A stretch of 64,000 nt of DNA from Porphyridium purpureum. Its lineage: Eukaryota. This document shows, piece by piece, positions 1 to 9,101 of the stretch. The notes beneath the pieces are model-generated. The model was not told the DNA's origin and did not search any database. It saw only the letters and a program-made list of their open reading frames with translations. The position numbers and the translations under genes were made by a program. Where the stretch lies: the NCBI GenBank assembly GCA_008690995.1, contig VRMN01000022.1:1-64000 (forward strand), written 5' to 3'. Position 1 is the first letter of the stretch. The number at the start of each line of letters is the position of its first letter.

Positions 1-1215
1 GTGCTCGCTTGGCGGCTTGGGACTGACCGCAGTGGCAGACATTGCGCCGTTTGCGTTTGCCGCCGGCAGTCGTGCTGCCGCGCGCGTGGTGGACAACCCG
101 CCCGCACGCGTGTACCCTCCGTCGCTCGCGCAGTGGTGGCGAAGGTTTGACGGAGACGCACACGCCGTGGCGCAGTGGCGCCTGGAGCCAGACGAAGATG
201 TGGAAGCCCTGCTGGACTCGCAGGCACGTGGGAGCCGTCGCTTTTATCGACAATGGTGCTCAGATTGGTCCCACGCGCCGGCCCCGTCCGACCCAGACTT
301 TCACCGACGTCGCAGCGTCAGCTCGCCGCACGCGCTGGCGTGGCTCGGGATGCCGTCTGCCACGCAGCTGGCCGGCACGCACGGAAGCGCGCCGCTGGTC
401 ACCAGATGCATGGCGCGTGGCTGTGCGGCGCATGCTGCCGACCTGTCTGCGAGCCACGCAGCGCGGCGTTCCGGTAATCCCCGGCGCTATCGGGCAGTTC
501 GGATGCCGTCTGCGGGGCCGAGCTGGACCAACACGGTCACCCACGCGCTCAGGTGCCATCTCGGGCCGTCGCGGGTGCGGTGAAAGCGCACTGGTGGTCG
601 ACGCCGTGGCAGCATTTGCGCGCGCCACTTGGCGCCGGTGGAGCGCGAGGTGCACTATTCCCGGCGCGGCGGACTACGCCGGCCGGGGCGACCTGCGCGT
701 GGACAGCACGTGGGTCGATGTGGCAGTGGTGGTGCCGACCGCTTTACCGGCACCAGACTGGCAGCGGTCTGACGGAGCGGCACTCGCAGCGGCGGCGCGT
801 CGCCGAAGCAGGCCTCCTTCGGGCTGCTGCGCGCTTACGACGCACTGGCGTGTCGTTCCAGGCAGTCATTCTGGACACGTACGGCCGGCGCGAACAGTGT
901 GGAGCCGCGTTTCTGGAGACTCTGGTGGCGGCGTACATGCGGCACCGTGGAGTAAGCCAGATGCTGGCAAGCACGGCGCTCCACCGGTCGCTGTCGCTCG
1001 CGGTATACCGCTCGGTGGCGGCGGCGGTGCTTCTACGGCACCCGGGCCCGACTCTGTCAGTTGCCTCGCAGCACTGGCTGGAGACGGGCAGGCGCCTCTT
1101 TGTAGGCGAGGTACTCTCGGAATCGGAAGCAGAGTCGCACTGACTTTGCTGATACATAGGTAAAGTACTTAGGCCCTCTAGATTTATAATGTAAAACGAT
1201 TTCAGAGTAACCCTA
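1..1215 (+). mobile_element. 3' portion of CRE-clade non-LTR retrotransposon (family A), cut by the window start
   Basis: Near-identical to 6944-8148. Encodes the C-terminal RLE region (RGDLRVDSTWVDVAVV) across several frameshifts, stop at 1141-1143, an AT-rich 3' UTR, and ends in AGAGTAACCCTA (1204-1215). Confidence 0.9.
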
Positions 1216-1593
1216 ACCACATTACGGCAACGTGGATGCGCCAGCAAGTGTGCTTCTTTCAGGCTCGCGCGCGTGCACGCGTGCGCCAGATCCCGCCAGC
1301 AGGCGCTGACCGTCCTTTCGCGGGCTGTGTCCCTCGCTGTGTACCGCGCCGCCGCACATGGCATTCTTTTGCGGTACCCGGCGGGACACTCGGCCCTCAC
1401 TTCGAGCGGGCTGCGCTGGCTCCCCCATGTGACGAAAGCGCTCGGCTCCTCCGAACCGAGCACCCCAAGTCACGAGGCCGGCGTCCTCCATTTTGGCCCC
1501 GTGAGCTGATCCCAATTCAGCTCCAACCACGCTGAGTCCCCAACCCTCTGAATAAGTTAAATTTTGACAATAAACACAATTCAGAGTAACCCT
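1216..1593 (+). mobile_element. 5'-truncated copy of a second, diverged CRE-like family (family B)
   Basis: ORF 1273-1509 (LSRAVSLAVYRAAAHGILLRYP) is homologous to the family A C-terminus (LHRSLSLAVYRSVAAAVLLRHP). Its different 3' UTR ends in the same TTCAGAGTAACCCT motif. Confidence 0.75.
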
Positions 1594-1599
1594 AGAGTA

Positions 1600-3148
1600 C
1601 ACTCCTGGCCAAGATGGTTGTCCCAGGTGCAATTTCAAGGTCTGAACTCCAGTTTTATAGTAAAAACGAGCGTTTTCATATAAAATCAATGTTTATACCT
1701 TTTTTAACATATTTTTGTTCCTCAGGTCAGAGGTAAGCGCGCGCTTTTGCGGGACCCCGTGAGGCCATGGAGGGGTTCAAGACATGTGCAAGAAGACCAG
1801 CGCATCTACTGCACTCGGGCATACGATCGCGACCAAGTCCAGCAACCGCAAGCATCGGAAATATGGCACCACGGCTCTCCGACTTTGAGAAAGGCCAGAT
1901 TGACGCTCTGCACCGGCTCTGTCTGACGCCGCGGGCCATTGCAGCACGCCTTCGTCCGCGACCAGACAAGACCCGACCATCGTACAAGACTGTGGAGCGA
2001 TTTCTGAAGAATCGAGGCAAGAAAAGGGTTTTCAAGAAGCCCGGACCGGCGCGGACAATATCGCCGAAATTGGAGCGTCGCCTGATTCGGCACGTCATTA
2101 CGGATAGATTGACGTCTGCACAGGCAGTGACGGAGCTGCAGCTTGCGTGCAGTGCGAGAACTGTTCGTCGTATCCTGCAGAGATCACCAGAGGTTCGTAT
2201 TATCGCACAGAGGCGAAAGTTCTTCATTTCGGAAAAGAACCGAGTCAAGCGGCTTGCATTTGCTCGAGAATACGTCCACAAGCCGCTATCGTTTTGGAAG
2301 AATGTCATCTTCTCGGATGAAAAGATCTTTCGGCTGGACGGGCCGCACGGGTACAACAAGACTTATCAGCGCACGCGAGGCCCTGAGCCCGCGCCAACCA
2401 TGCGTCGCCACAGTGGCGGAGGATCCGCGATGTTTTGGGGTGCCATGTCGTGGCACGGACTGAGTACGTTGCATCGTGTTCAAGGCTCGCTGAATGCCGA
2501 GCGATATCGGCAGGTTATGCTGAACGTCATGATGCCCTGGGCACTGGAACTGCCCTGGCGCCTTGATCAGCCGGATTGTCCATTCATATTTCAGCAAGAT
2601 AATGCGCCCGGACATGCAGCGCTGAGCACGCGCGAGCTGTTTGACACGGTCGGAATCGCACTACTTGATTGGCCAGCGCGGTCGCCGGACTTGAATCCAG
2701 TTGAGAATCTGTGGGCGATCGTTTCTCGCCGTGTGCATTGGCAGGGACGCCAGTTTATGCGCCTCGATGACATGCTTCCAGTTATCTATGACTGCTGGCG
2801 AACGGAAGCGCCAAAGTATGTTGAGGCACTTTTCGAGAGCATGCCCCGTCGCCTGCAAGCTTGCATCGACGCCGGTGGCCGTCAAACCAAGTACTAGTTT
2901 CGTTACTACAGTTAAATCTCTTCTCATAAGCGTGTTTGTCCTCATCAACCTGTTTTATTGTTTTTCTCTTTTTCGGCACTTCTCACACCTGTTGTTTTGT
3001 TCTACGATACCTTTGGACGCCCCTACCCATTTTCCGTGCCGCTGATTCTTTTCGTGCCATCAAAACAGACGACAACCTAGTCGAAAAGCCAAGTTATTCA
3101 CAAAAAACTTCATTTAATCCTGTGGGACAACTAACTTGGCCAGGACTG
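1600..3148 (+). mobile_element. Tc1/mariner DNA transposon, full length
   Basis: Imperfect 25-bp TIRs: CACTCCTGGCCAAGATGGTTGTCCC (1600-1624) and GGGACAACTAACTTGGCCAGGACTG (3124-3148). TA target duplication at 1598-1599 and 3149-3150. Contains a transposase ORF. Confidence 0.95.
1863..2897 (+). CDS. Tc1-family DD34E transposase
   Basis: N-terminal HTH-like region, then VIFSDE, FQQDNAPGH and WPARSPDLNPVENLW, with 34 residues between the second D and E. ATG at 1863 chosen by analogy (MAPRLSDFEKGQI); the ORF opens at 1767. Confidence 0.95.
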   Translation: MAPRLSDFEKGQIDALHRLCLTPRAIAARLRPRPDKTRPSYKTVERFLKNRGKKRVFKKPGPARTISPKLERRLIRHVITDRLTSAQAVTELQLACSARTVRRILQRSPEVRIIAQRRKFFISEKNRVKRLAFAREYVHKPLSFWKNVIFSDEKIFRLDGPHGYNKTYQRTRGPEPAPTMRRHSGGGSAMFWGAMSWHGLSTLHRVQGSLNAERYRQVMLNVMMPWALELPWRLDQPDCPFIFQQDNAPGHAALSTRELFDTVGIALLDWPARSPDLNPVENLWAIVSRRVHWQGRQFMRLDDMLPVIYDCWRTEAPKYVEALFESMPRRLQACIDAGGRQTKY

Positions 3149-3149
3149 T

Positions 3150-3201
3150 AACCCTCTGAATAAGTTAAATTTTAACAATAAACTCGATTCAGAGTAACCC
3201 T
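3150..3201 (+). repeat. Short copy of the family B 3' terminus
   Basis: AACCCTCTGAATAAGTTAAATTTTAACAATAAACTCGATTCAGAGTAACCCT repeats 1542-1593 with about 3 substitutions. Confidence 0.85.
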
Positions 3202-3213
3202 AGAAGTAACCCT

Positions 3214-6200
3214 ACGCATGCAGAGCCGGGGCCGGACGGACACACGGGCTCAGCGCTGCAGTCCATTCGTTCCCGGGTTGAGCAACGGCTCGCCGGAGAC
3301 CGTGACGACGGTGACGCCGCGACCGGTGACGAGGCCATGCCGTCAGCTGGGTCAGACTCTCAAGGCGAACCGGACGGAGGACAGCTCGTCGACGCTGCAG
3401 GCGGCTCTGCTCAGCCAGATGCCGCCCTTTCACGCAGCGCCGAGTCTGTGGTCGGCGATGCAGAGGCTTCAGATGCCCCCGGACGCAAGAATGATGCTGC
3501 TCCGGGGATGGCCCACGCTAAGCGACCCGCCGCTGCCGCGTTATCGCGCACGGTGTCTCCGTCCCGGGCTACTCTGCCCAAGCGTTCCCGGGCGGCTGCA
3601 GAAGTGCCTAGCGTGACGGCGGAAGCAGCGCAGCAAGAGTCTGCAGCAGACAGAGGCGTCGCGCAGGCGCAGCAGAACAGTGCGGGTCTGAGCACTGCCG
3701 CCTGTCTGTTGAATGACGCTGTGCAGCATGCACCAGTCGCCGGAACTTCTGACGCCGGCGACTCGAGCCGTTCCAGCTCGGACGAGGCGCTGCGCTGCCG
3801 TTTCCGGCCTGCTTGTTCCGAGCGGCGCGAGGCAAGTATGGTGCGCCACGCAACCAAGTGCCACCGTGGCGCGCATCACGCGGTCTCGACAGACGCGCTT
3901 GCCGAGGCAGGACTCGCTGCAGACCCGTGTGGAGCATGGCATGCGCTCAGCGGCTCTGCGCACTCTCGGGACCAGCACCGCGCACGCTGCATGCAGTGCA
4001 AGACGGCCCACGCCCACCGTTCCGCAGTGGGCCGTGCCAGCGGCCAAGAGTTTGCCGCTCCCGCACTTCCGGAGGTCCACGCTGTGACTCCGGCTCCCTC
4101 GGCGGCTTCGCCCTTCGGGGCTCATGAGTGAGACACTTTCTGACTCGTGGGAAGGGCCCGGTCCGCGCGGCGCAAGTCTTCTAGCCTCAAGTGAGGAAAG
4201 CGACGCGGAATGGGCTCCCGCACGCCCCCGCGCTCGTCGAGCGTCTGGGCGAGGCCGGCTACAAAGTCGGCCGGGTGGACCAGTGGAACTGCGTGAGCGT
4301 GCTGGTCCTGCGCGAGAGAGTGCGGTGGTGGATGCGCACATCTCCAGCTCTAGGGTGCTGGCAGCCACGCACGCGCCAGTGGCATCTCCGCACAGTGTCG
4401 CAGACTCGGCAGACGGTCGCGCCACACGTCGGTCCGCACGACGACCGCGCCAGCGTGCGGGGCCTGCCGCACACATAGCGGTCAGGGATGCCGTGCTTGG
4501 CCACAGCGCATCTGTTCGCAGCTCTGCTCGCATGCTCCGTCCGGCGGGCTTTGACATTTCGCGACGCAGCGTGGCTCGGATGGCGCAGCTCGAAGCGCCG
4601 CACGCATGTCCGGCCGCCGAGTGCATGCGACGCTACCAGAGTGCGGCTCAGCTGGGCAAGCACTGGCGTGCGGCACATCCGACGGAGCCAGCGAGTGCCG
4701 AGCTTCTGTCCAGCCTGCACTTGAGGCGAAACGCGTGCGGATGGGCGGTGCGCGACGTGCAGCCCCAAGACGCGTGCCAGTGTCCAGCGTGCCGAGCGCT
4801 GTGGAACGCGTGCCCCGTGGCAGGCTGTGAGGCCTCGTGGGCCGAGCCAGCTGGGCTGCTGCGGCACTTGGCGGGCAGTAATCACTCGGCTGAAACACTT
4901 GCCGCAGTGCCACCGGACGCGCTCAGAGCGGTTGGGCTGGCACGCCGGGCGTGCGGCGCGATGTGCTTGCTGCCTGCGCTGTCCGTGCGCCACCAGCGCA
5001 GTCGATGCCGGATCCTGCGCGTTGTGCTGTGGCATTCGAAGGGCACGGCGGTCGCGTGCAGTCTGCAGCGAGCGGGCGCAAGCGGAGCATGACACTCGCA
5101 GTGGCTCCGACACGGCCGCAGACACGCATGTGTCGACGGCGCGTCACGCCGCTGCGCATCCGCCGTCGCCGCTGCTCGACGCCCCCATACTCACCATTCT
5201 TCAAACGGTAGATTGGGTGCTGGGGCTGCGCGTGCGCACGTGGAAGCGCGTACCGGCAAAGTTTGCGCCGGACGTTGCGCTCGAGTTCAGCAGCATGCTC
5301 ACGGAGCTGGCCGAAGCCGCGTCCGAGGCCGCACAAGTCCGCGCGCTCGGAAAGCTGTGGGTGTTTCCGACTTTGGTGCTGTGCCTGCCCATGGAGCGCC
5401 AGAGCACGCGCGCGCGGGCAAGATACCTGGCGACGCGGCTCAAGATGTGGCGCTCCGATGCGCTCGAGCCACTGCTCGACTCGGTGCCTGTGGTGGACGG
5501 TCAACACCTCAGACCCATACCACCAGAGGCCGTGGAGCACCGCATCGTGCAGCATGTGCGCGCCAACCACATTGGCGCCGCGGCGCGACTGGTCGAGTCG
5601 GCGGGTGTGCACGACGTCACGGACTCGGTGCTGGCGCGCTTGCGCGAGCTGCATCCAGAGGCAGGGGCTCGCAGCGGCAGCCACGACGCAGCGCTCGTCG
5701 CACCAGTCGAGTCGGTCAGTATCGACCAGCTGCAGTGCATGCGCGTGCCGTGGGACGCGCAGGCGGTGCGCAAGTCCATTCTGGCCATTCCGCACACCAG
5801 CGGGTGCGGACCGTCGCGGTGGTCCATAGGCGTGCTGCAGCAGGTCATCCGCACGCCCGTGGCGGGTGACACGGCGCTCGGGGCCGTGGCTCTCGCGTTC
5901 AAGCGCATCGCCAGTGTTGGTCTGCATCCGCAAGCTGGCGCGCTGTGGAGCCACGCACGCCTCATCCCGCTCAAGAAGAAGGACGGCGGCGTCCGACCGA
6001 TTGCAGTGGGCGAGCTGCTGCGGCGCGTGCTGGGCAAGCTGGTGCTGGCACACCTGGGCAGCGACGCAGCCGAGTCGCTCCGGCCCGACCAGTACGGCGT
6101 GGGACGCCCGGCCGGGCTCGAAGGCGCGGTGCTGGGGACGCGCCTTGCCGCGATGCAGAGTCCAGCACACAGCCATTGCTGCTCGTCGACATTGCGAACG

Positions 6201-8148
6201 CGTTCAACTGCGTCGACCGGCCCCACGCTGATGCGCATCGTGCAGGGCCGTTTCCCCGCGCTGTGGCCGCTGGTGCGCTCAACGTACGCGCATCCGGCTC
6301 CGCTGCGAGTGGGCGCCCATGTGCTGGCCAGCGCGTGCGGCGTGCAGCAAGGCGACCCGCTGGGGCCCTTGCTGTTCTCGCTGGTGCTGCACAAGGTGCT
6401 GGCAGACACCGAGTCGCCGGGTCTGTCGTCGTTCTGGTACTTGGACGACGGCAGCATTGTGGGGCCGCTCGCGCAGCTGGAAGGCTTCCTGGACGCCTTT
6501 TCGAGCGACGCGGCCGCGTACGGCATGCGCGTGAACCGCACCAAGACGCAGCTGGTGCTTCCGCCAGGAACGCAACCGGCAGTCGTGCCCGCGGGGCTCG
6601 CCGACCTGCCGCGTCTGGCGTGGGACCAAGCACAGCTGCTCGGTGTGCCGCTCGACTTTACCGGCAGTGGCGAGTCGCTCGTGCCGATCACCAACGCGAG
6701 CGCGCAGGTGCTCCAGCTGGCGGAGCAGGTGGCCAAGCTCAGCCACCCCGAAGAGGCGTTCTACCTCCTGCGGGGCAGCGTCGGGCCAAAGCGCCTGATG
6801 CACCTGGCGCGCACCATGCCTCCGCCCGTCGTGACTCGCATCTTTGCCGAGTTTGACCGCGCGTGGCGCAGCATTGTCGCGCGCGCGCTGGGTGTGATGG
6901 CACACGAGGTCGGCGAGCCGTGCAACGCCGAGTGGCGGCTGCCGTGCTCGCTTGGCGGCTTGGGACTGACCGCGGTGGCAGACATTGCGCCGTTTGCGTT
7001 TGCCGCCGGCAGTCGTGCTGCCGCGCGCGTGGTGGACAACCCGCCCGCACGCGTGTACCCTCCGTCGCTCGCGCAGTGGTGGCGAACGTTTGACGGAGAC
7101 GCACACGCCGTGGCGCAGTGGCGCTTGGAGCCAGACGAAGATGTGGAAGCCCTGCTGGACTCGCAGGCACGTGGGAGCCGTCGCTTTTATCGACAATTGT
7201 GCTCAGATTGGTCCCACGCGCCGGCCCCGTCCGACCAGACTTTCACCGACGTCGCAGCGTCAGCTCGCCGCACCGCGCTGGCGTGGCAGCTCGGGATGCC
7301 GTCTGCCGCAGCTGGCCACGGCACGCACGGAAGATGCGCCGCTGAGTCAGATGCATGGCGGCGCGTGGCTGTGCGGCACATGCTGGGCCTGTCTGCAACC
7401 CGCAGCGCAGCGTTCCGGTATCCCGGCGCTATCAGCGCAGTTCGGATGCCGTCTGCGGGGCCGAGCTGGACCAGCACGGTCACCACGCGCTCAAAGTGCC
7501 ATCTCGGGCCGTCGCGGTACGGTCAGCACGCACTGGTGGTCGACGCCGTGGCAGCATTTGCGCGCGCCGCTGGCTTGCCAGTGGAGCGCGGGTGCCTGCT
7601 TCCGGCGCGGCAGACTTGCGCCAACCGGGCGACCTGCGCGTGGACAGCACGTGGGTCGATGTGGCGGTGGTGGTGCCGACCGCACCGGCACCAGGCGGTC
7701 CGACGGAGCGGCACTCGCGGCAGCGGCGCGTCGCAAGCAGGCCTCCTTCCAGGCTGCTGCGCGCACTGGCGACGCTGCTGGCGTGTCGTTCCAGGCGGTC
7801 ATTCTGGACACGTACGGCCGGCGCGAACAGTGTGGAGCCGCGTTTCTGGAGACTCTGGTGGCGGCGTACATGCGGCACCGTGGAGTAAGCCAGATGCTGG
7901 CAAGCACGGCGCTCCACCGGTCGCTGTCGCTCGCGGTATACCGCTCGGTGGCGGCGGCGGTGCTTCTACGGCACCCGGGCCCGACTCTGCCAGTTGCCTC
8001 GCAGCACTGGCTGGAGACGGGCAGGCGCCTCTTTGTAGGCGAGGTACTCTCGGAATCGGAAGCAGAGTCGCACTGACTTTGCTGATACATAGGTAAAGTA
8101 CTTAGGCCCTCTAGATTTATAATGTAAAACGATTTCAGAGTAACCCTA
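3214..8148 (+). mobile_element. Probably full-length CRE-clade non-LTR retrotransposon (family A)
   Basis: Starts just after AGAGTAACCCTAGAAGTAACCCT and ends in AGAGTAACCCTA. Domain order: zinc fingers, RT, CCHC, RLE. Confidence 0.88.
3337..8076 (+). pseudogene. CRE-type polyprotein (C2H2 zinc fingers, RT, CCHC, RLE endonuclease), frameshifted in this assembly
   Basis: C2H2-like fingers (CPAAEC..LGKHWRAAH; CPVAGC..LLRHLAGSNH). RT motifs ARLIPLKKKDGGVRPIAVGE, LLVDIANAFN (other frame), GVQQGDPLGPLLFSL, WYLDDG. CCHC knuckle C..CGAELDQHGHHALKC and RPGDL..WVDV, split over ORFs 3337-4131, 4124-5092, 4827-8096, 5945-6856, 7355-7888 and 6985-8076. Confidence 0.88.
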
Positions 8149-8719
8149 GAGGCTGGCCACGTTGCGAAGCGCGAGGCGGAGTAGCGCGCAGGGCAATGAC
8201 CATGTAGGCTGCTTTTGCTCGGGCCGTGCCATTCTCATGCGCGGTAGTTCAGAGGGCGATGCCGAGCGCGTCAAAATATACCAATGTCGGCGAGCACCAC
8301 GTGCCTGCGCTTGCGCGCCGTGGAGACCTTACCGCTGTTCGCAACGCTGCTTGCTTCTCTACATCTCGTCTGAAACGGCCTCGCAACAGAGCTTCCCGGC
8401 CTTATGCACAGAACAAGGTTTTGGCAAACTTTCCATTTCGCACGCGCACACACCCTCCGATACATGTAATCTGCATGTGTAGCCCTCGCTACAATCACAG
8501 CATTGACCAAAAGCGAATTCCGTCAACGTCCTGCGTCTGGTACGTACATCTTTTTCGGCCATGCACGCCTCTCGAACTGGTAACTGCGCAGGTGTATTCA
8601 ACTCAGCAACGATCATGTCAAGCATGTCGCTCTGTCCGGCCTTGTCCGCATTCGCCTCCTCCGCGCTCGCCTTGATATTACGCATCGAAGAATTCGTGCA
8701 GCCCTGGGTAAGCTGTCAA

Positions 8720-9039
8720 TGTCATGAATTTCCAGTCATAATCTCGTCTACCCGACAGGATCAGCTTGAATGGTTCATTCTCGCCTATATAGCATAGGCG
8801 TCGTATTTGTCTTCGGAGGTCAAAGTGTCGGACGAGGCAAGGAGATAGATAAGACTTTTATTGCGTGGAGATAAACACCTTTTGCAAAGTACAAGGTGAG
8901 CGCCTGAGGGTAATAACATACCGCTCCGTGCTCGTGCTTGCGCACGCCCGTGGCTAGACAGCTGGCGGACGTGTTACCGATTTGTCTCAGTGCAATCTGA
9001 AGAACTCCTTCCGGGACGCAACCCGTGATTTTTGCGACA
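8720..9039 (+). repeat. Copia 5' LTR
   Basis: TG...CA ends; direct repeat of 14048-14367 with about 5 substitutions seen by eye; TATA-like CTATATAG near 8785. Confidence 0.95.
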
Positions 9040-9101
9040 ATCGCGATCTCGCTAGTGATCTTTTTTGCTTGTGATAGTTTGCGAGCACTTCGCCTCTGTT
9101 T

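Noticed and set aside
1144..1215. Hammerhead ribozyme in the retroelement 3' UTR
   Set aside because: CTGATAC does not match the CUGAnGA core and no properly placed GAAA with stems was found.
2898..3148. Fanzor/TnpB or guide-RNA cargo in the Tc1 element
   Set aside because: Only about 250 bp follow the transposase, and no RuvC or zinc-finger ORF is visible.
1542..3213. Repeated AT-rich units with a hairpin as a CRISPR-like array
   Set aside because: Only two copies, no unique spacers, no cas genes, eukaryotic context; explained as retroelement 3' ends.
3411..8090. Long antisense and alternative-frame ORFs over the CRE element, and similar ones over other genes
   Set aside because: Shadow ORFs expected in GC-rich coding DNA; no motifs.
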